From Selaginella moellendorffii (taxonomy: Eukaryota > Plantae > Lycopodiophyta): DNA of 64,000 nt. Below the pieces are notes generated by a model that searched no databases, had not been told where the DNA came from, and worked only from the letters and a program-made list of their open reading frames with translations. Location of the stretch: NCBI RefSeq assembly GCF_000143415.4, contig NW_003314288.1:1904042-1968041 (forward strand), given 5' to 3'. Shown one piece after another: positions 10,954 through 23,597 of this stretch. The translations under genes were made by a program, and so were the position numbers. Within the stretch, counting starts at the first letter, position 1. Every line of letters begins with the position of its first letter.

Positions 10954-13900
10954 TCCCCGAATAAAAATCACTTTTCTTCTTTATCAAACTCCTCACCACC
11001 TTTCATCAAAGCCACCACCAATTCCCGCAACTTCCGCGTCTAATGTCTTCTTTCTTTCATCGGACAATCAGGACTCAAGGCTTTGGCGCTACTGGACTCG
11101 GGTGCAACTTCCTGCTTCATGGACACGGACTTTGCTGCCCGACATCACGTTCCTCTTTCTCCTACCATATGGGATCTGAGGGTTGAAGGCATCGGCGGGC
11201 ATTTTGTGTCTCCATCTTCTGGACTTAGGGAAACGTTGCCCGTTCGAGTACACATCGGATCCACCGTCACCGATATCGCCTTCAACATCATCAATAGCAA
11301 GTCCTCCTCTGTGGTGCTCGGTCTTCCTTGGTTTCAACTACATCAGCCTCAGATTTGTTGGAAGGAATTACAGCTCATCTCTCCCACATCACCATCTCCC
11401 ACGGCTTCCCCTACTATTCATCGAGTCCGAATTAGGAAAAGTTCCCTAAACTTAAATCGGGGTTCTGTTCCTGACTCTACGAAGTTTTCACCCTCTTCTT
11501 TTTCCTCTCTTCCATCTTACACTGGATAGTATCCTCATTTCATCATTCCATTTAGTCGTACACCTCCTCCTATCTCCACAATCACTATGAAAGAACTCCT
11601 TCATGAAGAACCTATTTTCCTTTTTGCTTTGCATGTTTTTCCTGTCAGTCTTCCTGAGAAGTATCATGATTTTGGGGATGTGTTTGACAAGAAAAAAGCT
11701 AGTGTACTACTTGTTCATTGGCCTTATGACTGTCCCATTGATTTACAGGAAGGAGCGTCACCTCCGTGAGGGCCTATCTATGGGTTATCCCCGTCCGAGC
11801 TTAAAGCCCACAAAGAGTACGTGGATGAGAACCTTGCTTCGGGGTACATTTAGCATTCGTAGTCCCCAGCTGGAGCGCCTGTCTTCTTTGTCAAGAAGAA
11901 GGATGGGAGTTTGCGGCTAGTCATCGATTACCGAGGTTTGAACAAAGTGACTGTTCGGAACCGTTATCCGCTGCCCCTGATCTCGGACCTGTTGGAACGC
12001 CTCGGCGGTGCCCGCTTCTTCACCAAGATTGATCTCCGTGGCGCATACAACCTGATCCGGATCCGGCTTGGTGATGAATGGAAGACTGCATTCCGAACTC
12101 GCTATGGCCACTTCGAGTACACTGTCATGCCATTTGGCTTGACAAATGCTCCAGCAGTTTTCCAACACATGGCGAACAATGTCTTTCGGGAGTTTCTTGA
12201 TCAGATGGTGATCGTCTACCTTGATGACATCCTCATCTACTCAAAAACTCAGGAGGAGCACGACGAACACGTACACAAGGTGCTGGCAAAGCTGCGTGAA
12301 TACGGCCTATACGCGAAGCTTGAGAAATGTTCCTTCGATCAGCAATCTGTGGAGTTCCTTGGGTACATTGTCACTCCTGAGGGTATCACAATGGATCCTG
12401 CCAAAGTCAAGACTATTCTCGAGTGGGAGCCTCCACAATCAATGTCGGACGTTCAGGTTTTCCTTGGCTTCGCCAATTTCTACCGCAAATTCATTGATCA
12501 CTACTCTAATATTGTCCTTCCTCTCACGCATCTCACTCGTAAGGATGTTCCCTTCTCTTGGTCTGCTGTTGCGTAGCACGCCTTCGACACACTCAAGGTA
12601 GCCTTCAGTTCTACTCCCATTTTGATCCATGCTGATTCCTCACAACCTTTCTTCATTGAGGCATATGCCTCCGACTTTGCCATTGGTGCTGTGTTGTCTC
12701 AACTTGGAGCGGATCAAGAACTTCATCCGGTCGCTTTCCATTCTCAAAAATTTCAGCCTGCGGAGATCAATTACGAAATCCACTACAAGGAGCTCCTTGC
12801 CATCGTGGATTCCTTTGGAGAGTGGCGCCATTTCTTGGAGGGGGCGGGCCATCAAACAACAGTCTGGACGGATCACAAAAATCTCGAGGACTTTGCCACT
12901 TCCCGAGTTTTAAGCTGTCGTCAAGCAAGGTGGGCACAATTCTTGAGTCGGTTTAACTTTGTTATCAAGTACAGACCTGGAAAGCTTCAAGGCCTTCCTG
13001 ATGCTCTTTCAAGGCGCTCCTATCTCAGTCTCAGGCCTGGTAATGCTGCCTTCGATCAACAAGATCAAGTTATCCTCGGTCCTGATCGGCTTCAAGTTAT
13101 GGCAATTTCCCTGGCCCCGCAGGACTCCTCTTTGATGGATGCAATCAGAAACGATCTTCAATCTGATGATCTCGCCAGCGACATTTTCCCCCATCTTCAG
13201 GCTGGACACTCTGTGACTCCCGATTGCCGGCAATTTGACGAGTTCGAGTTCTTAGATGGCTTATTATACCGTGGGGAGCAACTTTACGTTCCTGAAGGTG
13301 ATGCTCGAAGGTTGGTCCTGATGGCGTGCCACGATAGCCCGATTGCTGGTCACTTCGGCATTGCGAAAACCTATGAGCTAGTTGCACGGGACTTTTGGTG
13401 GCCTCACATGGACAACTACATCAAAGCTTTTGTTACCTCCTGTGACACTTGCGCCTGGAATAAGGTACCTCGCCACCTTCCTTCAGGTTTGCTTCGTTCC
13501 CTTCCGGTCCCTTCAGGTCCTTGGGAATCCATCTCCATGGATTTCTTGAGTGATCTTCCGAGTTCTGAAGGCTTCAATAGCATTTTAGTCGTGGTGGATC
13601 GCTTCACAAAGATGGCGCACTTCTTGCCATGTACCAAGGAGTTTTCGGGGAGGACATGGCAAAACTGGTATTCAGGAAATTTTCCAACTTCATGGGATTC
13701 CTACAGATGTGGTTTCGGGTCGGGGGCCTCAGTTCATCTCTCATTTCTGGAAACGGTTTTTGTAGCTGCTTGGAGTGAAGGCCAACCTCTCTTCGGCGTA
13801 TCATCCTCAAACTGATGGGCAGTCCGAGCGAACGATTCAGACGTTGGAACAATTCTTGAGGTGCTTCATCAACTATCATCCGGATAACTGGTTCGATATC

Positions 13901-14680
13901 CTTCCCCTTGCTAAGTTCTCCTATAACAACTCTGTTCACTCCTTTCTTCGAATTTCCCCCTTCTTTGCAAACTCTGGCCGAAATCCCCGATTCAATCTCT
14001 CACTTTCTTCTCCATCCGAATCCTCTCATTCAAATCCTCGCTCTAAGGCATTTGTCTCCAACCTCCAAGAAATCCACAACTCCATCTCCTTCCACCTCCA
14101 TCGTGCTCAGGAATCTCACAAAACATTTGCCAATGTCCATCGTCAGGATTGTCCCCCTTACAATATCGGGGATAAAGTCTGGCTCCTCAGGCGAAATATC
14201 TCCACCACCAGGCCCTGTCCAAAACTTGATTTCAAACGCCTCGGTCCTTTCCCTATCACTGCCATCATTAATCCTGTCACTTATCGCCTTACACTTCCCT
14301 CCTCATATCAAATTCACCCTGTTTTTCATTCCTCTCTCCTTGAGCCTTATATTCCTAGTCCTATTCCCGATTGGGTCATTCCTCCACCTCCACCAGTGCA
14401 GCTCAAGGATGGGTCTGAGTACGAGGTTCAGGACATCCTTGATTCCAAGATTTCACGGTCTAAACTCTACTATCTGGTCGACTGGAAGGGTAACGGGCCT
14501 GAAGAACGTACTTGGGAACCTACAGACAACCTAATTCATTCTCCTGACCTTGTTCAGGACTTCCACCGCTGCTATCCTTCTCGTCCCAGTCCTCATTCTT
14601 TTTCTCCATCTCCCATCCCTCGCCGCTCATCTCATCCTCCTCGTCGTTCTCATTCACATCCTCGTTCCACTCGTTTTTGA
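10909..14680 (+). pseudogene. pol: pol of the gypsy element (protease, RT, RNase H, integrase, chromodomain)
   Basis: ALLDSGAT; [27 protein letters not shown]; ASDFAIGAVL, KELLAIV, TDHKNL; HDSPIAGH..CDTC, SMDF, YHPQTDGQSER, LGPF; EYEVQDILDS..YLVDWKG..ERTWEP; several stops and frameshifts near 13650-13680. Confidence 0.92.
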
Positions 14681-14691
14681 GGAGGGGGTGC

Positions 14692-15069
14692 TGTTAGGAA
14701 TCCCCCAATTCTTGCCACATTCCTGACTCTCACCGGATTCCTGACCTGCAGACCACATTCCTGATTTTCAAGACACTTCCCTATTCCTGACTCTCAAGAC
14801 ACTTCCCTATTTCCGACTCTCTGATTTCCTGTACGATTCCTGAGTCTCAAGCCACATTCTTGATATTGATGTGGCGCCTCCTCAACCTCAGCTATATTTA
14901 GGCCGTCCTTGATCCAAGAGTAGTGGAGCTTCATCAACCTATAGTATATATAGGTTAGCCTTGTTCCATTTCTTCACAATCTGAATCAACGCCAATCTAA
15001 AGCCTCTTCTTTGTTTCCACTAGCTTTTCTCTTTGTCTTTTGCATTTTCCAGTCTTGATCTTATTGACA
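14692..15069 (+). repeat. 3' LTR of the gypsy element, longer than the 5' LTR because of extra U3 tandem units
   Basis: Matches 9562-9865 plus ~80 bp of additional ATTCCTGACTCTC(AAGACAC) units at ~14785-14868. Confidence 0.92.
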
Positions 15070-15573
15070 ATCTATCCCTAAATGTGTTATTGCTTAAGAG
15101 GATTAATATAAAAACAGATTGATTTCTTTAATACAACACACATACTTTATTGTGAAGAAGAGATTGCCTTTAAAAAACTATAAATATTTATGAATTTAGT
15201 AGGTTTACAGAAATGCTATAAAATATCAAACTTATGTGAATTCTATGAGTGGGAAAGAGTTTATAAAATATATAAATAATGTGCTATAAAAAAATATTTT
15301 TCAAGATATTCAAGCTAGCCCTTACTTTTCTATCATAGTGGATGCTAGTATTAATAGAAGTTTAGAAAGTTAACTTATCATATACATCTATGTAAGAAGA
15401 AGAAAAAATCTAAATAAGATTTACTTTATATAATTGATAATAATTGAATATATTTTTGCTATAGTAAATATAAAACTTTCAAGAAGGTTTTAGTAATGAT
15501 AAACATTGAAAAGGTAAACCATATTACTATTGTAATTAATGGAGATTTTTTTATAATTGGAGAACATTCTGGT

Positions 15574-16112
15574 TGTAGCGCACGTGGTTTTGACCCTTTA
15601 TCCTATGGTGATTTACCATAGGATAACACCACGAAGCGGAACCTAAACCCTCTTTGTGCCACGTGACAGATGCCATGTGTCACATGCCACGTGTCCATAG
15701 GAACCCGAGGTTCAGGGCCTTGGGCCACTGAACGAAGGAATGGTGCCAAACTAAGCGTGACGCCAAGGAGTGATGGAACCGGACCACGGAGCAACTCCCG
15801 AGCATATAGCCCAAGGAGCGAAGGGACAGGGGCCCGGAGTGACTTGGAACAGTCCTAGAGCAACCAGCATCCCAATGCCAAGACCAGCACGCAAAACGGA
15901 GCCAAACGGAGTCTGGCGCTATTTCGGCATACCGGTGGCCTAACGTGAGAGTATGGGTACTCCACCAGCTAGCATGGAATGGAACTTGGGCTTAGACCCA
16001 AGCCGGATGCAGAACAAGGATAGGCACGCAAGCGGGAGCTAGACTATGCCTCAGGTTGGTTGGCCATACCCGACCTACCCACTATCCCTACTATACATTT
16101 GGAACCCCCACA
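15574..16112 (-). repeat. 3' LTR of the copia-like element
   Basis: Minus strand TGTGGGGGTTCC...GCGCTACA, adjacent to the PPT. Confidence 0.88.
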
Positions 16113-19100
16113 GCCCCCCCCCCCCCCCCCCCTTGAGGAACACACGCTTTGGGCTTTCACCCCAAGCCTCCCTTAGTATCAGGAGTTAGTCTCTGGGACA
16201 AGCTCGAATCTTACTAAATATGGAATGTCCTTAGATTGCGAATTTGGACACGGGACGAACACCATTATATTCAGGCCGATCTCTACATTCCGTAGATATG
16301 CCAAATGAGCAAATCTGGACACTTTCCATAAATAGCATTTGGGACCGAAATGAGACTAACACAAAGGGCATGATAGCAAGGGTGTTTGGCAGACACGGTA
16401 AGCTATCATGTAGCGATATTGAGGGACCAATCTCAATACGCGAGGGTTCTTGTCAAGCCAGTGCAAGACAGAGCAAAAGAGAACTAACAAGCCCGGCCGA
16501 GTATGCTCAGCTAAATAGACACTTAGGAATTCCTTCCTTATGCTCATCCAGCCAAGTACAGATGTAAAGTCCAGTTTACTAACACTTGAACAAGAGGGAC
16601 TAATAAAGGGTCCAGCAATACCGACCTCCTGCCATCGTGGCAGTAAGGTAAGAGTGTCTGTAAGGACTGGCCGACAGGTAACTTTCGATACCTGAAGTCA
16701 CATTCGCGACACTCTCCCCCCCTTGGGAAGATCGACGTCCTCGTCAATGCATACTTGAGTCTAGAATACCGCCAAGGAAACAACTCCATAAAAAGTTCAC
16801 GGTACTCACACTATGTGAGAAATGCACCAACTTAAATGAGTTAGGGGGTAACCTCTTTGTCTAACGCGGATGCGCTACCAGCTCAGACACCTTCTGGCCG
16901 TCACCGACAAGGAAATGACCAACGGAGTCAGCCACCCTTGCTGCTCTAGGTGTCACCCAGCTACAAAAGTGTGATACGCCTTGCCCGCAGGGACATAGAG
17001 AGAGAAGCCAAAGGCCCCAACCCTCCTGAGCAAAGAAACCAAACCCGTCGGTAAGGTTTAGATAGACTACTGTAAACAGGCAGTTAGAGTTGTTTACACG
17101 GTCACGCCCTTTCAACAAAATAAGGAACATCGATAGAGAGGCGGGTGATGTGACCAGTCGACAGTAGCTACCCCATGACTAGAGATTTCAATATGCACAC
17201 GAAGTGCCGAAGCCATTCTGCCTATATTGGCCCAAACTCAAAGATCAATAGATAGGGACTATATCAAAGTCATAAACAATGATATCTTAGAGATTTAATT
17301 ATCAGTGAATAAAGCTTAGATGAGAACACAAATGTATTCCAAATAAGTTATCATCCGATAAACTAGTAGTATAGTATAGGAACCACGAAGATCATCATAA
17401 TTTGGCAAACATAGGAATGACCATCCAACAAAATTCAATAGCTAGTATATCATCAAGGATACTCAATGATGAAACTTAACTACCGAAGATAGTAGACAGT
17501 AAGCCAACAACTTACTAGAGAGAACTCAAAGAATACAAAGTATCATTGATTAACAAGCACAATACTCGCGAATGTATCACCCAAAGGAAATAACATCCAA
17601 ATCTATCAAAACTAACTCGAGCAACAATCAACAGAAGAGAATGAATGTGGTAAGACCAACAAACACTCATGCCTGCCAACTATCACAAAAGCCAATCGAA
17701 ATAGATCCCAGCCAACAATACCAAGGAACTCAAGTTTGCCTAAGCAAGTGTTAGCAACATCCTACTGACGTCTCAAACCCAAGAAACCAATCCAAAGCAA
17801 ACCATAAAGAACATGTGGTATTGCAAAAAGCCAAAAGCCATCAAAGAGAACAACTAACCATCATGAAAGATCATCGATCATCCTATCAAAAAGAGATATG
17901 TAGAATCATCGTCTAAGAAGGAATCTACCATCCCGAAGAATAGCAAATCATTCTAGATCAACGATAATCAAGCAAAACCTTTGACAATGAGAATCAATCA
18001 TCCTAAATGATAGTCAATCATTACTAATGATTGCTAGATGCAAATACTAACTTCAACATCAACGCTAACAAGCCAAAATGCCTTCCCCAACAACTTCTAA
18101 CAAATGGAATAATGAGCATAAAACTCAAAGAACCAAAAGCTTGAAGAAGTCTATAGCCAAGTATTGCCTAATAATGAGCACAAGTCTCATAGAAGCTAAC
18201 TTCAATGCTAAAGAAGAAATCATGGTGCAACCCACAATAGTTTCCTCAACACATCCATAAGCCAAACTTCATAATGCCAAAGCTAATGAAGAGCATATTT
18301 GCATCAATCCAAAAGCTAAGTATAATGAAGCTATGCTCAACAAGTGATCATCAAACGATCCTCCATGAATCCATCTATAACAAGACATAACTCACTTCAT
18401 AACAAGCCCAAAAAGAATCATTAATGATTGCTATATCCCGAACTCAAATCTAGCAAGGACTCAATATTCTAATATCGATCACTAACTCTTCTTCTCGTAG
18501 AGTTAGCATAGTCCACGACTAAATCACTTTTCAAGGAAAAGCTAAAGCTCAACCCTCTACTAAATAATCTCGTCTAGAACACAACTAACTCAACTTGCCA
18601 CTCAGTTCGTTTGAACGTCAACACAGTTGCTAACTAGCAAATGCACGAATGCCACAACACAAAGCTATACCCAAATCATCAACACTATATTCATCAAGAC
18701 TAATGAAACTCAATATCAATCCTTGGAAGGATATCTCATTTCACTCAGATCTCAATATCAACAATGTCAATGACAAAGCATCACTTCAATGCCATCAACA
18801 CCAAAACAAAACTAGAAGAAAGCACGAGTGAATCACCACTCAAAACTCTCCAGCAACCAAGCTAACCAAAGTCAAAGATACTTTAGTCAGTATCCGAGAC
18901 CAATCCTCCAACAAAACTCAGTTACAGATAACACTTCATCAAGGAGTGATTCACCACGTCCAAGACTCAATGAAATCTAACACTACGGACGAAATGTAAC
19001 CAAATGATATCAACAGAGGTAGAGTCGGCATGCCAACATGAAAAACTCATGTAAGTCTAACGACACGATCCTCCGCAACACCATCTGGTAAAGCAAGCCC

Positions 19101-21699
19101 ATCACTGCTAAATCATCATCGAGCAAAGCAAGTATCAACAGTCTTTTTGACAAAGTCTACAAGTAATCACTAATCGCAAAGCAACTAACAATCACCCTTT
19201 AACTTGCCTTCACAAGACCCGAACACTAACTCTTGTCATCAAGTTATATACTTGTCCAACATGAACGTGATACCTCAGGTACAAGATAAAAGTTCATAGA
19301 CAAGCACAAATTAAATGACCACTCGAATCCAACTCAACCGCAATAAGCTCACTAATGCATTTAGTCAATAGCTCTGAGCATGCCTTGAAGAGGCTAGCTA
19401 TGTGATCAACACTCAGTCGAAACTAAGGTGAAGACCATGAGATGGACTCATATCGGTACACAACCTCCTTATAGACAAAGCTATAGTATGGGTACCAACA
19501 TCTCAACCTCAAACAACTAAGTTGGACATCACCATCCTCAGCCAAGGTGCAGGGCTACCAAGACTAAGTCAAGATCAATGAGAGCTCACTACTCTCATAG
19601 AGTCTTAGCGAAATGCAAGGTGCAACCTGCCACCGAGCATAATGTTACAAAAGAAAGGCACAAGAGTCACCCTTCTTAGAAAAGTGCAACGGCCACTTTT
19701 CTACATTAACTCTAGACTTTATCCAACTCAATTGCTTTAGCCCCAAAAGTCAGCATCCCTTTCGGGTTGCATCATACAAACTATATACTAAAGTCTAAGT
19801 TAACCAAAGTTAACTCGAACCCCTTCACTAGTTTGTACTGGCTTACGAAAAATGGAATGGTTTTCGGCAAAGTGATCAACAGATCAGCCATTGGGGAAGT
19901 CTAAGAAAATTTGTGGAAAATTTCCATCCTAGAGAAAGAATGACTCTTAGTCCAGGATTGCAAACTTTCAAGACTCAACCAACTTCCTCCTACAAACAAC
20001 TTCACATAGGTTCACCTCAACACAGATTCTTATGATCCATAATATGCTTAAGCATCGAATATCTTTTTGCCCATATTTCCGATATCCAACTCCGACATCC
20101 GCAAAATGCAAAATGAACATCCAAGGCTTGATCACAAAGACCACATCTTCGGATATCCATATTGCACTAACACTCTTCTTCAATCACCTTCAAGATCCAA
20201 TATGAAGCCAAAACACTAACAAAAAAAATGACATGGAAAAATCAAGGTCCAAGGAAAATTCCTCATCACTTGAAATAACAATGCCACTTCCACTAACACA
20301 AGTGCTAGTGACGTCAATGCCCCAACTCCACATCTTCTCCATCCAACAATCTACTCCAAGTGCTAACGGATCAACCGACAAGCTATAGCAAATGAATGCT
20401 ATAACCCTTTTCCAACACCTTAGTGGGCAAACTTAAGAAAACAAGGTACCAACTTAAGCTTAGCATAATGGACCACTATAGAGAATCCAGTCAAAGCTAC
20501 TACAATGCTACTTCGTGCAAGTAGACTAGCTTCTCCATCAACCACTTTGGGGTTGATCATCATTTACCCAAGCAACTTCGTAAATGCATTACTCTTTATC
20601 ACATGGATATGATATAAGCATCACAATGACTTGATCATCAATTGAGTAACGCAATGAGCAATGCCTATGTCATTACTTCAAACGTTTATGTGAGTATCAA
20701 ATGCCAACTCGATTCGACAAAATGTAACATAAATGCCACACTCCACCAATAGAGGTTTATGACACCCAACACCACTAACTTTTGTTCACAACACGGACAA
20801 GCTCATGCCACTCTCTTTCCAACCAAACTCAACACTAATCCAACACCAAGCTACTCAAGGAGCAATAGCAAGGTTCCCCGGAAAAGAATTGAGCATTGCA
20901 ACCCAAGTCTTCCAATAGCGAGCCTAGACAAAATGGTTTAGTGTTTCACCACTATCCATCCCATAACTCACCATTGTAAGACCACCATCTCCAACATGCA
21001 TCAAGATAGGGACTCTTGATTGCATGATGTGAACACAAGCAATGAATTAACATCTCATTGCAGATCATCTCTCCAAGAAGAGAAAATGATTTACGTATTT
21101 GATCCTTCGTCCTCGATGGCTCTCTTTTCGGTCTCATCTTTTGACCAAACCTCAAGCTTGCTTTCGCACTGCCTTCAGTTCAATCGAAGAAAAGTTTATG
21201 AGAAAGCACGGCCATGACTACTTGAACCGATAGACTAATCCCTGTAGTCTTAATTGTTCCACTTATAATCATGCCTAGGAAGGATCCACTAGTGTCGTGC
21301 TAAACAACTACGGACCAGCCTATTTGCCACTCATAACAAACCCAGGGAAAGTTTATTTGCACCCATGGTACATGGAACAACTCATGGAACCACCGATAGG
21401 CTAACATTAATCCTGCCAACTCAAAGTGTAACCTCGAGTTGCTAATGTGCCTCACTCACGAGCTCAAGCTTAAACTCGTGCTACCGGAACAACTCAAATC
21501 CATCCTATGAGCCCAAGCGCAAGCTCACATCATAAGGTACAATAAGGTAACAATATCCATACCCAAGGAACCAATGCGAAGTCTTTGCACCAAAACATGT
21601 ACCGACTCGGATCATCGTTTTCATCTCTGCGTATACAACAAGACTAGTTGCCCAATCTCATTGAATAGTACTCACTGAGACTCATCCTCTGATACCAAA

Positions 21700-22241
21700 T
21701 GTAGCGCACGTGGTTTTGACCCTTTATCCTATGGTGATTTACCATAGGATAACACCACGAAGCGGAACCTAAACCCTCTTTGTGCCACGTGACAGATGCC
21801 ACGTGTCACATGCCACGTGTCCATGCCACGTGTCCACAGGAACCTGAGGTTCAGGGCCTTGGGCCACTAAACGAAGGAACGGTGCCAAACTCCCAAGCGT
21901 GACGCCAAGGAGTGATGGAACCAGACCACGGAGCAACTCCCGAGCATATAGCCCAAGGAGCGAAGGGACAGGGGCCCAGAGCGACTTGGAACAGTCCTAG
22001 AGCAACCAGCATCCCAATGCCAGGACCAGCACGCAAAACGGAGCCAAATGGAGTCTGGCGCTATTTCGGCATACCGGTGGCCTAACGTGAGAGTATGGGT
22101 ACTCCACCAGCTAGCATGGAATGGAACTTGGGCTTAGACCCAAGCCAGACGCAGAACAAGGACAGGCACGCAAGCGGGAGCTAGACTATGCCTCAGGTTG
22201 GTCGGCCATGCCCGACCTACCCACTATCCCTACTATACATT
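21700..22241 (-). repeat. 5' LTR of the copia-like element, outer ~13 bp missing
   Basis: About 15 substitutions (all transitions) and two indels versus 15574-16099; adjacent to the PBS; similarity stops at 22241 and there is no matching TSD. Confidence 0.88.
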
Positions 22242-23470
22242 CTAAGTTTGTAGCTTTTGAAAAGCAAAGCAATCATATCTACAAATAGTTGCATGCTTTT
22301 AAGAAAAAGAAGATGCCATGAATATACTTATATTAGGTAGGTTGTAATTCACATTATACACTAGTTATCTTATGGAGAGAATAATGCTAGCTTCTTGCAA
22401 AAATTTCAATTCTCTAATGTGAAGATATATAAGTTTTTGACAAATTACATATTAGTTGATATATTTTTGGAATTGAACAACTTGAACAAAATCTTTCAAC
22501 CTGAAATTATGGATATTGCTAGCATTGTTGGGTATTTAGATGGTATTATGAAAAGTATAAGAAGAAACTTTCTACAAGTGACTCCTAGTATAAAATATTT
22601 AAATAATTTTGTAAAGGTTACTATAGATGGTTTGTAAAGCTTGAAGGGAGCATGTCTTGGATTATACTATTATTCTAAAGAGCAAAAGGGATATAATTTG
22701 AGCTTTTTCTTAGATTTAAGTAAGGTATAACCAAAATGGGCAAGGATATTTGTATTTTCAATGTTACAAAATTATTTAACCTTATAAATTACTCAAATGA
22801 TATGGAAAAGTTAGATAATAACTCTTACAAATGACTAGATATTTTACTAGATTATTATGGTCTTTTATTTTGGATGGGAAAAATATAAAGGAAAGATTAT
22901 AAAGTTTATAATTATTATGCAAAGTAATTTGCCAATAAAATTTTGAACTATTGACTTCACAAATTTGTAGAGATGATATTTCTATGATAGATACATGTCT
23001 TAATTTATAGAACTATGGAAAATTATCTTCTTGATACATGTGAGTACCGTTTGTGCTAAAACATGAATTTTTTTTTGTCAAAATTAATTGAAAACTACTT
23101 CAAGATCCTCTTTAAATATTGAAAGGTTAGATGATTTAATATTAATTCATTATAAAGAAAGAAGGATTTTTTGTGATTGAATTAGTTTTTTTTTATATAA
23201 TTATCTATATATTTGGAAGTATAAGTAAATTTCTATCTTACACAATAACATCAGTAGGGCAAAAAAAATAAAAGAAAATAGGGAGTGCTCTTTTGTGAAA
23301 AATAAGAATGTTCTTAAGAGGAGAGAAAAATAAACCACCATTTTTTTCAATTGATTAAAAATCTTGTGATACATAAAATTATATGATATCATAAAGGTTT
23401 CATATTTAAATTTAAGGAACATTAGGGTTCAAATGGGGAAGCTTAAAGGTATTTACTTGATTAAGGAGCT

Positions 23471-23597
23471 TCACAAATCAGAATAATCATAAAAATGAAG
23501 ATCACAAATTTGAATAATCAAGAAATCATAAATTAGAGTGGAAAGAGAAGATCACAAATAGGAATAATCAGAAAATCATGGAAGATCACAAAATTTG
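23471..23597. repeat. Short imperfect direct repeats GATCACAAAT..GAATAATCA (3-4 copies)
   Basis: Seen directly, just downstream of the hAT relic; possibly subterminal repeats. Confidence 0.5.

Larger units (their letters stand above)
9562..15069 (+). mobile_element. Full-length Ty3/gypsy chromovirus LTR retrotransposon (Tcn1-like), inactivated by nonsense and frameshift mutations
   Basis: LTRs at 9562-9865 and 14692-15069 (TG...CA); TSD ATCTA at 9557-9561 and 15070-15074; PPT GAGGAGGGGG before the 3' LTR; domain order gag-PR-RT-RH-INT-chromodomain. Confidence 0.95.
15574..22241 (-). mobile_element. LTR retrotransposon, probably a non-autonomous Ty1/copia derivative, with a heavily decayed internal region
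   Basis: Direct repeats at 15574-16112 and 21700-22241; tRNA-iMet PBS on the minus strand (CTCTGATACCA on plus, 21687-21697); poly-G PPT on the minus strand (16114-16132); faint copia motifs in INT-RT-RH order: LPTKVLE (~20420), ISEDVVF (~20140), YQMV (~19085), LLVSNCVD (~18625), GLVSW..RRQ (~17780). Confidence 0.85.
9320..23200 (+). mobile_element. Decayed hAT-superfamily (ZNF862/DUF4371-type) transposase relic in three segments (~9320-9561, 15075-15573, 22242-23200) separated by two LTR retrotransposons
   Basis: Colinear degenerate motifs: zinc-finger-like MKCTT..RKDNPFGKNG; YVNSMSGKEF...IQASPYFSIIVDASINRSLES; NGDFFIIGEHSG; ILVDIFLELNNLNKIFQ; dimerisation-like LWKIIFLIHVSTVCA...SSLNIERLDDL. 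Many stops; ends not defined. Confidence 0.65.

Noticed and set aside
16114-16132. Poly-C run as an assembly artefact or G-quadruplex element
   Set aside because: Its position next to the LTR identifies it as the minus-strand polypurine tract
8429-23431. Possible terminal inverted repeats of the hAT relic (8429-8453 versus 23404-23430)
   Set aside because: The match is weak and AT-rich, with no 8-bp TSD and no typical hAT terminus
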